Counted from the first letter of the stretch, positions 31,540 through 44,159 are shown. The stretch is DNA of 64,000 nt from an uncultured delta proteobacterium (GCA_963771175.1 CAVYSY010000039.1:128001-192000), one strand, 5' to 3'. Notes: generated from the sequence alone by a model not told the origin. Numbers and translations are program-made.

Positions 31540-32475
31540 ATGTCCCGAGTCCTTTCCATCCGGAACATCGGTACCGCCGCGCTCGCCCTCCTCCTGGCCG
31601 CGACGTTCCCGTCATCCGCGGATGCCCAGAGCGCTCGGCCCCGGAGCCGCGCGACGAAGTCGAAGCAGCAGCGCGCCCCGGCGCGCCAGACGGATCTGCG
31701 CACATACCTGAACGCCGCCCTGCGCCTGTACGAGAGCCTCGAGTACGAGCGTGCGCTCGAGCAGCTCCGCCGCGCCCGGAACTACACGCGCAGCGTGGAG
31801 GACGACGTCACGGTGTCGCTCTTGGAGGGCATCATCCTGGCGGACCTTGGCCGGAGGGAGGATGCGATCGCGGCCTTCCGCACGGGACTGCTGCTGCGGC
31901 CAGACGCGGCGCTGCCGGTGAGGGTGTCGCCCAAGGTGGAGCGCGACGTCGAGACCGTGCGTGAGGGCGTGCGCCGCGAGCTGTCCACTCTGCAGGCGAA
32001 GCAGGAGGCGGAGCAGAAGCCCGAGGAGCCCGAGAAGCCCGAGGAGCCCGAGACGGCGTCCGCCACGTCCGAGCCCGCTCCCCCCCAGGACTCCGGCCCC
32101 ACGAGAGAGCCGGTAGCCACCACTCCTACGCTGGCGGTGGCCACCCCGGCGGCGCCGCGCTCGAAGACGCTCTCCTACGTCCTGCTGGGCGGAGGAGCGG
32201 TGGCGGCGGGTGCCGGGACGTTCCTGGGGCTGTCCGCCCTCTCCTATAATGATGACCGGCTGGCTCTCCGGGCCGACGAGGCCGTGAAGGCGCGCTCCCA
32301 GTCGGAGACGCAGCTCGCGGCCGGAGCGGTGCTGGTGCCCGTGGGGCTCGCGGCGCTCGGCACGGGCCTGGTGCTGCTGCTCTCGTCCGAAGACTCCGCG
32401 TCCACTCCCTCCTCCACCGTCTCGCTCGCGCCGCTTCCCGGAGGACTCTCCCTCGGCGCCACGGGGCGCTTCTAG
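31540..32475 (+). CDS. Secreted TPR-like protein with C-terminal hydrophobic segments
   Basis: Signal peptide; LEYERALEQL...EDAIAAF helices; Pro/Glu linker; ends GATGRF. Confidence 0.75.
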   Translation: MSRVLSIRNIGTAALALLLAATFPSSADAQSARPRSRATKSKQQRAPARQTDLRTYLNAALRLYESLEYERALEQLRRARNYTRSVEDDVTVSLLEGIILADLGRREDAIAAFRTGLLLRPDAALPVRVSPKVERDVETVREGVRRELSTLQAKQEAEQKPEEPEKPEEPETASATSEPAPPQDSGPTREPVATTPTLAVATPAAPRSKTLSYVLLGGGAVAAGAGTFLGLSALSYNDDRLALRADEAVKARSQSETQLAAGAVLVPVGLAALGTGLVLLLSSEDSASTPSSTVSLAPLPGGLSLGATGRF

Positions 32476-32499
32476 TCGCCGATTCCAGAGGACACGCCG

Positions 32500-34902
32500 A
32501 TGACCTTTCGTCCCATCCACCTGCTGGTGTGCTGTATCGCGGTGAGCGCGGGGTGTGGCCTGCTCCTGGAGGACTTCTCCGGCGTCCTGTGCAACGAGGA
32601 CGGGAGCTGCCCCCAGGGCTATTTCTGCAAGGCGGACACCGGGCGCTGCGAGCCCGGACAGGCGCCCGTCCAAGAGGACGCGGGCGTCGTTGAGACGCCA
32701 GACGCGGGCGTGTGCGCCAGCGTGTCGGCCTGTGTCGCGGATGATGGCTGCTGCCCGAGCGGCTGCCATGCGAACAACGACCCCGAGTGCTCGCCCGTGT
32801 GCGGCAACGGCCAGGTGGAGGCAATGGGCGACGAGGTCTGCGACGACGGCAACACGCTCAACGGGGACAACTGCGATCCCACCTGCCGCTACTTCAATGG
32901 CGTGGCGCTGGTGTCCGGAGAGCCGGGCTCGCGCGGCTTCGCGGACGGGCCGCGTGGAAACGTCGCCCGCTTCCAGAGCCCGGGCCAGCTCACCACGGGC
33001 GAGGGCGCGGTCTTCCTGGCGGACTTCGACAGCGCCACGGTCCGCCGCATCCAGCTCTCGGACGGCACCATCACCACCGTCGCGGGCGTTCCCTTCGAGA
33101 AGGAGCTCAACGACGGACCCGTGGCCGCGGCGCGCTTCGTCCAGCCCGAGGACGCGGTGTACCTCGACGGGGTGCTCTACCTGCGCGACCGCATGCCGTC
33201 GAGTGACGGTGGCACACCTGGCCAACTCCTGCGCCGCATCACGCTCGATGGGGGGCTGGTGGAGACGGTGGATGCAGGCATGGACTTCACCAACCTCCGC
33301 GCTCTGGGCCGGGACACCCAGGCGCTGCTCTTGATCGACGACAACGGCCTGCGCCGGTGGACGCCTTCCTCGGGCGCGGTGGAGACGCTGGCCACCAACA
33401 CCCAGCTCACGGCCCTCGCCGGCTCGAGCCTGTGCGAGGGCGTGACGGCCTCCCAGTTCGGGACCTACCCCTACTATGTCGCCTGCCGCAGGACGCTGCT
33501 GCGAGTGCCCTCGGCGGGCACGGTCGAACTCCACGCCGGGAGCTCCACCACCTCTGGCTGCTCGGACGCGGACGGCGGCACGGCGGCGGCCTCCTTCGTG
33601 CGTGCGCGCAGCCTCGCCTGGGGGGCCTCCCGCCCGAGCCTCACCTTCCCGCTCACCTATCAGCTCATCGTCGCCGATCCTGGCTGCCAGACCCTCCGGA
33701 CCATCTCGAGTTCGGGCACAGCGATCTCCACCTACGCCGGGAGTCCCTACGCCATCGGGGCCATCGACGCGACGGATCGGCTCTCCGCCCGCTTCAACCA
33801 GCCCTCCTCCGTGGCGGCCATCTCCGCCGGCCTCAAGAGTCCGCCGACGCTCTACGTCTCGGACACCAACAACGGAACGGTGCGCGGCATGCAGACCGGC
33901 GTGAGCACCGTGGCGGGTGCGGTCGCCAGCACCTCCGTCTCCTATGGAGACGCGGGGACGGACAGCCTCTACGTCCAGGTGAACGACGTCGCCGTCGATG
34001 GGGATGCCGGGGTCGCCTACGCGACCTCTCAATACATCGCTGGAGGCAAGACCGGGCGCGTGCTCCGGCTCTCGCTGGACACGGGGGCTTCCGAGGAGCT
34101 GATGACGTTCTCCCCCCAGAAGCCCACGGCCCTCGCGGTGCTCGACGGCACGCTCTACGTGGCGATGGCCGATGGCACCATCCACCGCTTCACCCCGGGC
34201 GCCGCCGCGACGGAGCTCTACGCGGGCCAGGCCGGGCAGACGGCTCCGGCGGTGGATGGTGATCGCGGGACGGCGATCCTCTCCGCCTCGGCCCTGCTCT
34301 CGCATGGGGGGGCCCTCTTCTTCGTCGACGACAAAGCGCGGAGCATCCGCAAGCTCGATCCAACGACGGGCTTCGTGACGACGCTCGCGGGCAGCACGAG
34401 CACCGAGGGTGGCTCACCCGGCATCGTCGATGGGACTGGCCGCGCCGCGGGGTTCGACTCCCCGAGGGACCTCGCCTCCGACGGCACGCACCTCTACACC
34501 CTCGATGGCAACGGCTCCGTAGTGCGGCGGATCTCCCTCCCCCTCGGCGAGGTCACCACGCTGGCCGGGCAGCCCCTCTCCCTGGGTGCGCTGGACGGCG
34601 TCGGGTCCGCGGCCCGGTTCGCGGGAGCTCGGGGGCTGACCTCGGATGGGCGCTCCCTGTTCATCGCGGATCCCGGCGGCGGTCCGACCGTCTCGGACCT
34701 CTCGGGGCCGACGATCCGCGCGTTGGATCTCCGGACGTCCGCCGTCACCACCATGGTCGGTACGCGCGGGCAGTGGACCGCCATGGCGGGCACGGGAAGC
34801 GGCGCGAGGGTCAATGCCCCGGGGCCCATGGCCTTCGATCCGGTCCGCCAGTGGATCGTGTTCTACGACGATCGGGAGAACGTCTTCCTGCGCATCCGCT
34901 GA
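32500..34902 (+). CDS. Lipoprotein with myxobacterial Cys-rich repeat and NHL-like propellers
   Basis: SAGC; CGNGQVE..EVCDDGNTLNGDNCDPTC; repeated DG...ARF..P units. Confidence 0.8.
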   Translation: MTFRPIHLLVCCIAVSAGCGLLLEDFSGVLCNEDGSCPQGYFCKADTGRCEPGQAPVQEDAGVVETPDAGVCASVSACVADDGCCPSGCHANNDPECSPVCGNGQVEAMGDEVCDDGNTLNGDNCDPTCRYFNGVALVSGEPGSRGFADGPRGNVARFQSPGQLTTGEGAVFLADFDSATVRRIQLSDGTITTVAGVPFEKELNDGPVAAARFVQPEDAVYLDGVLYLRDRMPSSDGGTPGQLLRRITLDGGLVETVDAGMDFTNLRALGRDTQALLLIDDNGLRRWTPSSGAVETLATNTQLTALAGSSLCEGVTASQFGTYPYYVACRRTLLRVPSAGTVELHAGSSTTSGCSDADGGTAAASFVRARSLAWGASRPSLTFPLTYQLIVADPGCQTLRTISSSGTAISTYAGSPYAIGAIDATDRLSARFNQPSSVAAISAGLKSPPTLYVSDTNNGTVRGMQTGVSTVAGAVASTSVSYGDAGTDSLYVQVNDVAVDGDAGVAYATSQYIAGGKTGRVLRLSLDTGASEELMTFSPQKPTALAVLDGTLYVAMADGTIHRFTPGAAATELYAGQAGQTAPAVDGDRGTAILSASALLSHGGALFFVDDKARSIRKLDPTTGFVTTLAGSTSTEGGSPGIVDGTGRAAGFDSPRDLASDGTHLYTLDGNGSVVRRISLPLGEVTTLAGQPLSLGALDGVGSAARFAGARGLTSDGRSLFIADPGGGPTVSDLSGPTIRALDLRTSAVTTMVGTRGQWTAMAGTGSGARVNAPGPMAFDPVRQWIVFYDDRENVFLRIR

Positions 34903-34966
34903 GAGGGCCCAAGCGGTGCGCCGAGGGGTTGCAGTGGCCCTCACCTACTCACAAGGAGGAGTCCAG

Positions 34967-35998
34967 ATGAAAGCCCTTCGAGCCGCCGTCCTCTCGCTGT
35001 GCGCCCTGTGGGCCCCCGCCGTCCTGGCGGAGCCCACCGGCGTGTGGATGAAGGACACCCCGAGCGACACCGGCCTGGAGCCGGATCCCGCCACCGCCAG
35101 CCAGCCCATGTGGCAGAGCGAGTACATCTGGGTGCGCAACGCGACTGACGGCTTCGCGAATGAGCACATGCACCAGAACCCGATCTTCGGCCAGACGAAC
35201 TACGTCTACGTGAAGCTGCTCGGGGACGAGGTGACCACCGTCGATGGGGAGCTGGAGCTGTACTGGGCCAATGCCTCGACGGGGCTGGACTGGCCGACGC
35301 AGTGGAACCTGATCGACACGGTGCCGGTCTCGGTCCTCTTCACGCAGGTGGTGGAGGTGGCCTGGGAGCCGCCCGGCGTGGGGCATTACTGCATGGTGGC
35401 GCGCTTCACGTCGTCGCAGGACCCGACCCAGCAGGACACGCTGACGAACATCGACACCTATACCCGCGTCAACAACAACGTCGTCTGGCGCAACCTCAAC
35501 ATCATCGACCAGAGCGAGGGCCTGAAGTCCCAGGCCTCGTTCATCGTCCGCAACATCGACAAGGAGCTCGACAGGGTGAACCTGGTGTTCCGGACGCCCG
35601 AGCAGCAGAAGCCCTACGTCCGGGAGCAGGGCCGGGTGTTCGTCCGACTGGACGAGGAGCTGTTCAAGCGCTGGATGGAGACGGGCGCGGAGGCCAAGGG
35701 GGTGGAGCACGTCGAGGAGGGGGTGCTGGAGGTGGTGGACCCGCTCCGGGCCGAGCTGTTCGGGCTGCCGATACAGCCCTGGGAGGAGTTCAAGGTCGAG
35801 CTCGTCTTCGAGCGCCACGAGAAGGCGGAGCCGGGCGTCTTCCAGTTCGACGCGGTCCAATACCGCAAGGACGGGGAGGAGACGGGCGGCGTGGGCTATC
35901 AGATCCGCACCATCCCCGAGGAGAAGCTGCCCCCGGTGGATCCGAAGGCCACCCGGGAGAAGGCCCGCCTCCAGAAGACCGCCGTGCCGAAGCGCTGA
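34967..35998 (+). CDS. Secreted hypothetical protein
   Basis: RBS AAGGAGGAG; signal peptide VLA-E; MKDTPSDTGLEP, IWVRN, GHYCMVAR, NNNVVWRNL. Confidence 0.8.
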   Translation: MKALRAAVLSLCALWAPAVLAEPTGVWMKDTPSDTGLEPDPATASQPMWQSEYIWVRNATDGFANEHMHQNPIFGQTNYVYVKLLGDEVTTVDGELELYWANASTGLDWPTQWNLIDTVPVSVLFTQVVEVAWEPPGVGHYCMVARFTSSQDPTQQDTLTNIDTYTRVNNNVVWRNLNIIDQSEGLKSQASFIVRNIDKELDRVNLVFRTPEQQKPYVREQGRVFVRLDEELFKRWMETGAEAKGVEHVEEGVLEVVDPLRAELFGLPIQPWEEFKVELVFERHEKAEPGVFQFDAVQYRKDGEETGGVGYQIRTIPEEKLPPVDPKATREKARLQKTAVPKR

Positions 35999-36067
35999 GC
36001 AGGCTTCGCAGCGCGCTCCGGGCGGGGTACGGTACGATCGGACCTCCGAGGTCACCCCCCTCCCGAA

Positions 36068-36810
36068 ATGAACATCCTCGCCTCCTTCGGAGCCCCCGTC
36101 CTGATGCTCGCGCGCACCGTGCGAGCGAGCGCGCGTGACGGCCTGTCCTGGCGCGAGTGCCTGCGACAGCTCCACGAGCTGGGCGGGCGCAGCGTGTGGC
36201 TGGTGACGTCGGGCATGGCGTTCTTCGGGGCGGTGATGGTGACGATCGCCGACAGCCAGGCGCGCAAGCTCACGGGAAACCTGCCGGTGGTGGGCCCGCC
36301 CTACTTCGAGCTGATGGTGCGCGAGTTCGGCCCGGTGGTGTCCGCGCTGCTGGCGGCGGCGCGCGGAGGGGCCAGCCACAGTGCCGAGCTGTCCACCATG
36401 AGCGTCAACGAGCAGGTGGAGGCGCTGGAGATGTCGGCGGGGATCCGTACGCGGACCTCGTGGCGCCGAGGGTGGTGGCGGGGCTGGTGGGAGTGCCGCT
36501 GCTGTGCGTGCTCGGGACGATGGCGGCGGCGCTGTCGGCGGTGGCGACGGCGACGTGGGCCTTCGGAACGGACGGGACGGCCTTCATCGACGCGCGGTTC
36601 GTGGACGGGTGGGACGTGGCGGCCGGGCTGGTGAAGGCGGCGGGCTGCGGCATCTACATCCCCCTGGCGGCGGCGGTGGAGGGACTGTCCGCGCGCGGAG
36701 GCGCCGAGGCGGTGGGCGAGGCCACCACGCGCGGGGTGGTGGCGGCGTGCCTCGGCTGCCTGCTGATCGATTTCGTGGTGGCACTCGGCTTCCAGGCGCT
36801 GCGGGTGTGA
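36068..36810 (+). CDS. MlaE-family ABC permease (frameshift near 36440)
   Basis: REFGPVV, SAELSTMSVNEQVEALE, GGAEAVGEATTRGVV. Confidence 0.9.
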
Positions 36811-37544
36811 ACGTGACGGGCACGCTGCGCTTCTCGGAGGTGTCCGTGACATTCGAGTCCGGCCGGCGGGTGCTGGCGGGGCTGAGCGCGGAGCTGTCCA
36901 CGCGCGAGCTGACCTTCGTGGCCGGAGCGAGCGGCGCGGGCAAGAGCGTGCTGTGCCGGCTGGCGGTGGGGCTGCTGCGGCCGGATGCGGGTCGGGTGGA
37001 GCTGCTCGGCGAACGGGTGGACACGCGGCCCGAGCGCGCCCTGCGAGCCCTGCGTCGGCGGGCACCGTACCTCGTGCAGGGCCCGGCGCTGCTGGACTGG
37101 CGAACGCTGCGGGAGAACGTGGCGATGGCGGCCCCCGGTGTGTCTCGGGCGGCGGTGGAAGATGCGCTGGGGCTGGTGGGGTTGGAGGCAGCGGGAGATC
37201 GACTGCCCACCGAGCTGGGGCCCGGGGCGAAGAAGCGGGCGGCGATCGCTCGGGCGCTGGTGCTGCAACCGGAGTACCTGCTGCTGGACGAGCCCACCAC
37301 GGGACTGGACCGGAGGGCGGCGGCGCAGGTGGAGGAGGTGCTGGCCTCGGTGAAGGCGCGAGGGCTGGGAGCGCTGGTGGTATCCCACGACTACCGGCTG
37401 CTGCGCACGCTGGCGGATCGGGTGCTGGTGGTGGGAGGGGGGCGATGCGCCTTCCTGGGCACGCCCGAGGAGTTCCTGGCATCTTCTGAACCGGAGTTGC
37501 GCGCCCTGACGGCGCCCTTCCTGGAGGCAGCATCGGATGGATGA
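36807..37544 (+). CDS. MlaF-like ABC ATPase (degenerate signature motif)
   Basis: GASGAGKS, LGPGAKKR, LLLDEPTTGLD, VSHD. Confidence 0.9.
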   Translation: MNVTGTLRFSEVSVTFESGRRVLAGLSAELSTRELTFVAGASGAGKSVLCRLAVGLLRPDAGRVELLGERVDTRPERALRALRRRAPYLVQGPALLDWRTLRENVAMAAPGVSRAAVEDALGLVGLEAAGDRLPTELGPGAKKRAAIARALVLQPEYLLLDEPTTGLDRRAAAQVEEVLASVKARGLGALVVSHDYRLLRTLADRVLVVGGGRCAFLGTPEEFLASSEPELRALTAPFLEAASDG

Positions 37545-38551
37545 GCGTCGCTTGGAGATGAAGGTGGGCGCGCTGGTGCTGGCGGCGGTGCTGGGCGTGC
37601 TCGGACTGCTGTGGCTGATGGGCGAGCTGACGACGGGCGGCGAGACGGTGCTCACGGTGGACTTCAGTCACACGGGCAACGTGATGAAGGGCGCGCCGGT
37701 GAAGCTGGGCGGCGTGGTGGTGGGCCGGGTGGAGGACATTGGCCTGCAGCCGGATCGCCGGGACGCAGCAGGGACGGCCACTGCCGGTGCGGATGGGGCT
37801 GTCGGTGCGGCCCGAGGCGCTGGCGGCACTGCGCTCGGACGCGCGGGTGACGGTGGGGACGGTGGGCCCGCTGGGCGAGCCCTACCTGGAGCTGAACCCG
37901 GGCTCCGCGTCCGCGTCTCCCCTGCCCTCCGGGTCTGCCCTGCGAGGCACGGACGCACCGCGATTGGATCTGGTGGCCCAGCAGCTCTCGGCCTTCCTGG
38001 ACGTGGCGAGCGGCGCGCTCGCGGAGGATCCGGAGGGGCTCCAGAAGCTGGCGGCCAACGTGTCGAGGCTGACGAGCACGCTGGACGGCGTGCTGAACGA
38101 GAACCGGGGCGACCTGAAGACACTGGCGGGCGAGCTGTCCGCGGCGGCGAAGGACATGCGCATGCTGGCGAAGCTCGCACGGGAGACGATGCAGGCCGGC
38201 GGCACGGGGGCTCAACTGCTGGGAGACGCGGCGGAGACGGTGGCGCTGATGAAGCGCGAGCTGCCCGGCATCTCCGGCTCGGCGGGGAAGACGCTCAACG
38301 GGCTCGCGATGATGACGGGCGGGCTCGACGAGAAGGACGGCGTGAAGCTGAAGCAGGCGCTGGAGCGCTACACGGCCGCGGGCGAGAAGCTCGATCAGAT
38401 CGCCGCGAAGGCGGATCGGCTGCTCACCCGCATCGAGGCCGGCGAGGGCACGGTGGGCGCACTGCAGAAGGACAAGCAGGTCTACGAAGACCTGCGGTCC
38501 CTGCTGTCAGACCTGCGCAAGCACCCGTGGAAGGTACTCTGGAAGGAGTGA
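37537..38551 (+). CDS. MlaD/MCE-domain protein with helical extension (frameshift near 37770)
   Basis: KVGALV TM; GAPVKLGGVVVGRV; GEPYLEL; GEGTVGAL. Confidence 0.9.
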
Positions 38552-38579
38552 CGCCTCACGCGGCCAGGCTACCGCGGTC

Positions 38580-39640
38580 TCACTGCCCGCCGTTCGCCGA
38601 GCTCGCGTTCTGCGAGTTCTTGCCCACCGCGTACTGCGTGAGGATCTGGTTCATGTCCATCGTCTGCAGCGTGGCTCCGTTGCGACCGCTGGGCATGAAG
38701 ATGATCTGCTTGCCCTGCAGCGCCTCGGCGATGCGCAGCTTCACCATCGTCCGGCCGCCCGCGCCGGCCAGCGCCTCGTTCTCCTTGGCGATGCCCTTCG
38801 ACCGGGCCTCGGCCTCCTTGAGGATCGCCGTCGCCTCGTTGGTGGCGCGCACCAGCTCCGCGTCCGCCGTCAGCTTCGCCTGCTCGAGCTGACCCGTCGC
38901 CTCGGCGATCTTCTGCGACACCGTGCCCTTGGCCGACTCCAGGTTGCGCTTGGCCTCCTCCGCCGCCGCCTGCGCCTCCGAGTGCAGCTTCTCCGCCGTC
39001 TGCTCCGCCAGCTTCTTCTCCCGGATGACCTTCTCGTACTCGGGGTTGAAGCGGTGCTCCTGGAGGATCACCTGCTCCACGATGACGCCCTCGGGCGCGA
39101 GCGCCCCGTCCAGCAGCTTGCGCGCGCTCTCGGCCGCCGCGAAGCGCTTGTCCGCCGTGTAGAAGTCCTCCGAGCGCAGCACGTTCAGCGCGTCACGCAC
39201 CAGGGCCCGTGTCGCCGGCCGCACCAGCCGGTCCTCCACGTCCTGCGTCGGAGCGCGCCACCTTCTGCACCAGATGCGGCGCCTTCGCCGGATCGATCCG
39301 CCACGCCACCGTCACGTCCACCGCGATGTCGTTGCCGTCCACCGTCTTGAACTCGATGTCGTCCGTGCGGCCCTTCTCCTCCTCGCTCCGCGTCTGCATC
39401 CGCAGGTTCTGCAGCTTCGTCTCGAAGGTGTTCCAGTCCGTGGAGAACGGCGGGAAGAAGAAGTACGTCGCGCCCGGTGCGTACGTCTCCTCCTGCACGC
39501 CCCGCGAGCCCATCAGCGTGAACTTCCGCGTGAGCACGCCCACCTCGTTGGCGTCCGTCGAGTGGCACGCGCACCCCTGCGACCACCGGCAGCGCCAGCA
39601 CCACGAACAGCCCCAGCATCCGCAAGTCCATGCGCTTCAT
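38580..39640 (-). CDS. SPFH/band 7 domain protein (frameshifts)
   Basis: N-terminal TM; FKTVDGNDIAVDVTVAWRI; coiled-coil tail. Confidence 0.8.
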
Positions 39641-39645
39641 GTGCC

Positions 39646-40704
39646 TCACATGCCCCTTCACGTCGAAGCGCTTGAGCGCCGCGTTGAGATCCAACGGGTT
39701 CACGCCGCCCTCGCCGTCCGTGGGCACCACGATGAGCTGCGTTCCGCCCAGCACGTCCGCCATCTTCAGCCCCACCATGTTCTCGCTGCCCGCGCCTCGC
39801 AGCGCCGCGTTCTCCAGCTCGATCCCCTTGGCCCTGGCCAGCTTCACCACCAGCTCGCCCTCGGCGGCCTTGGTGCGCCGGTAGAGCTCCGCTCCCGAGC
39901 GCAGCTTCGCCACCTCCGCGTCACCGCGCGCCAGCTCCACCTGCACCGTGGCCTTTCCCTCGGCGACGATCCGGTTCTTCTCCGCCTCGGCCTGCGCCGC
40001 CGCGGCCTCCGCCTGGTTCTTGAAGACCGTCTGGTCCTGGATCTTCCGCTGCTCGATGGCCCCCTGGTAGCGCTGAGTCGTACCGGTACTGGCGCAGCAG
40101 CACGTGCGTCACCTTGATCCCCTTGGGCTCCAGCTCCGTGACCAGCAGCTTCTGCGCCTGTGCCATGGCCTTGTCGCGCTGGTCTCCCTTGTAGAAGTCG
40201 TCCGCGTCCAGCTCGCCCAGCGTGCGCCGCAGCACCTGCTCGCCGCGGGGAATCACCGCCGAGTCCTCGTACAGCCGCCCCGGGCCGATCTGCGTGATCA
40301 CCTGGTACGGGTTCTCGATGCGGTAGAGCACCGTGACGTCCGACCGAGACCGTGTAGCCCTCGGACGTCTGGATCTTGATGGCCCGCACCACGCGGTGGT
40401 CCGCGCCCTCGCCCACATCGGCCGCGTTGTCCGCCATCTCCAGCACCTGGAGATCCGTGGGGAACAGGTGCATCCGCTCCGCCCCCGGCGTCACCCAGTG
40501 CAGGCCCGGTCCGTACACCTTCTCGCGGATGCCCTTCTCGCCGCCGAGAATGACCTGCTTCACTCCCATCTCGTACGGCCGCACGTAGACGGTGCACACG
40601 TTGTAGAGAAAGAGAATCCCGAACAGCACCACGACCAGGGGCCACAGCACCCGGGCCCGGGGCTGTTTCAGGACCTGGAGTACTCGCCCTCCCGCCTTGT
40701 TCAT
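39646..40704 (-). CDS. SPFH/band 7 domain protein (frameshifts; stop approximate)
   Basis: YEMGVKQ, GPGLHW, QTSEGYTV/DVTVLYRI; coiled-coil tail. Confidence 0.8.
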
Positions 40705-41378
40705 GTCTTCTCCTTGGTACTGGACTCATTCCGCGCCGGAGACTCCGGCTCGGAGATACGCTCGGGGACCGGCGGGACGGACTCGTCCAGCGGCCGGTAG
40801 GCCTCGAGCTGCTGCTGCTCCACGCCCATGTCCCGCACGAGCGTGGCGAGCTGCCGTCGATAGCGGCGCTCGAAGAAGGACTCCTGCATGTCCGGCAGGA
40901 AGGGCCCGAAGAGGATGAGCGCGAAGGGCAGCGGCTCGATCCAGTCCGGCACCCGCGTGAGGGCCACCACCACCGCGGTCAGGAGCCCCACTCCCGTGTA
41001 CACGCCGCGCGAGACCAGATCTCCCCCGCGCCACAGGTCGTACTTGCGCCGCTGCAGCGCGTGGTACTCGCGGGCCAGTTGGAAGTAGCGCGGCAGCGCC
41101 ACGGTGAAGACGCTGCGCTCCAGGCGCTCCCAGTAGCCGGGATCCTCGGCCACCTCGGCGAAGCGCCGGGACACGTCGGCCAGTGCCAACCTCGCCTCGG
41201 CGGTGAGCTGCGCCTCCACCTCTCCGTCCCACTCTCCGAAACCGGGCCGGCGCCGCTCGAGCCAGGCCAGCACGTGCTCGGTCACCTGGGGCAACCGGAA
41301 ACTCTCGGGATACACGACGCGGGTTCCCCTTCGGGCCAATGGATCAGCCCTCCCCTCCGAGTCTTCCATGTGGGCCAT
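40701..41378 (-). CDS. Hypothetical membrane protein
   Basis: Two hydrophobic segments; stop overlaps the SPFH start; start approximate. Confidence 0.65.
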   Translation of the reverse strand: MAHMEDSEGRADPLARRGTRVVYPESFRLPQVTEHVLAWLERRRPGFGEWDGEVEAQLTAEARLALADVSRRFAEVAEDPGYWERLERSVFTVALPRYFQLAREYHALQRRKYDLWRGGDLVSRGVYTGVGLLTAVVVALTRVPDWIEPLPFALILFGPFLPDMQESFFERRYRRQLATLVRDMGVEQQQLEAYRPLDESVPPVPERISEPESPARNESSTKEKT

Positions 41379-41516
41379 GTCCACACAATGCCCGGCCGCC
41401 CCGCTCGGGCTCAGGCGATCCGGATCGGAGCGGGCGCTCCATCCCAGGTGCGCCGGAATGGAGCAGCCGACCTCCGCTACTGCCAGGGATTCCCAGCAAA
41501 TCCAGCCATTTGACGT

Positions 41517-41532
41517 TGGCAGCATCCTTGCT
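41517..41532 (+). promoter_or_regulatory. Sigma-54 -24/-12 promoter
   Basis: TGGCAGCATCCTTGCT matches TGGCA-N6-TTGC, about 60 bp upstream of the MBL gene. Confidence 0.75.
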
Positions 41533-41593
41533 CTGTCCCGGAGACGTGAGCGCGGCTGGATCAGGCCGCCACGGTTTTCGAGGAGGAGCAGCC

Positions 41594-42442
41594 ATGGAAG
41601 TGCGTTTCTACGGAGTGAGGGGGAGCATCGCGGTGTCGGGGGCGCACGCGGCGCGGATCGGTGGCAACACCTCGTGCCTGGAGGTGACGAGCCAGGGGCA
41701 CCGGCTCATCCTGGACGCCGGCACGGGCATCCGGGCGCTGGGCGAGGCGATGATGCGGGAGAGCGGGCCGCAGAAGGCCAGCATCTTCTTCTCGCACCTG
41801 CACTGGGACCACGTGCAGGGCTACCCCTTCTTCACCCCGGGCTACCTGCCCAACACGGAGCTGACGCTGTACGGCCCGGGGCCGGGCGGGGCGCGGGAGC
41901 TGGAGTCGGTGCTGGCGCGGCAGATGGAGCCGCCCCACTTCCCGGTGCCGCTGTCCACCATGCGCTCGCGGATGACGTTCGACTCGGCGCTGCACGGGCG
42001 GACGGTGGAGGTGGGGCCCTTCAAGGTGACGCCCTTCGACGCACCGCATCCCCAGGGGTGCCTGGCCTACCGGGTGGAGGCGGACGGCCACGTCTTCGTC
42101 TACGCCACGGACATGGAAATCTCCCTGGCCACGCTCGACCCGCGGTTGGCGCGGTGGATGGAGGGCGCGGACGCGCTGTGCCTGGACGCGCAGTACACCC
42201 CGGACGAGTACGCCGGGAAGAAGGGCATCCCGAAGAAGGGATGGGGGCACTCCACCATGGTGGACGCCGCCCAGGTGGCCTCGGCGGTGAACGCGCGCCG
42301 GCTGTTCCTGTTCCACCATGACCCGGCGCACAACGACGACATGGTGGAGAACATGGCCGAGGAGGCCCGCAACCACTTCGCCGCCACCGAGCCGGCGCGC
42401 GAGGGCAAGCGGATCCTCCTCGGGACGGCGATCTGCGCGTGA
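41594..42442 (+). CDS. MBL-fold metallo-hydrolase
   Basis: GVRGS, GGNTSC, DAGTG, SHLHWDH, GWGHS, HHDP. Confidence 0.92.
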   Translation: MEVRFYGVRGSIAVSGAHAARIGGNTSCLEVTSQGHRLILDAGTGIRALGEAMMRESGPQKASIFFSHLHWDHVQGYPFFTPGYLPNTELTLYGPGPGGARELESVLARQMEPPHFPVPLSTMRSRMTFDSALHGRTVEVGPFKVTPFDAPHPQGCLAYRVEADGHVFVYATDMEISLATLDPRLARWMEGADALCLDAQYTPDEYAGKKGIPKKGWGHSTMVDAAQVASAVNARRLFLFHHDPAHNDDMVENMAEEARNHFAATEPAREGKRILLGTAICA

Positions 42443-42512
42443 GGAGGAGGGGCACATGGGCCCGCACTGCGATAGTCTCCCCGCTGCCTTCGAGCTTCCC
42501 CCCCTGCCCGTC

Positions 42513-44027
<1,515 letters not shown>

Positions 44028-44159
44028 CCCCCCTCATCGCAGCACGGCCCCCGCCTTGCGCACACAGCGTTTTCTTCGCGAGAAGCGGCCTAAGCCCGTC
44101 TCCCGGTGAATGGGAAGCCTTACAATGGGTGAAACGCCTGGGTGCGTAAGGAGAAAACC

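Noticed and set aside
32011..32052. Short tandem repeat encoding KPEEPE x2
   Set aside because: Ordinary coding linker repeat
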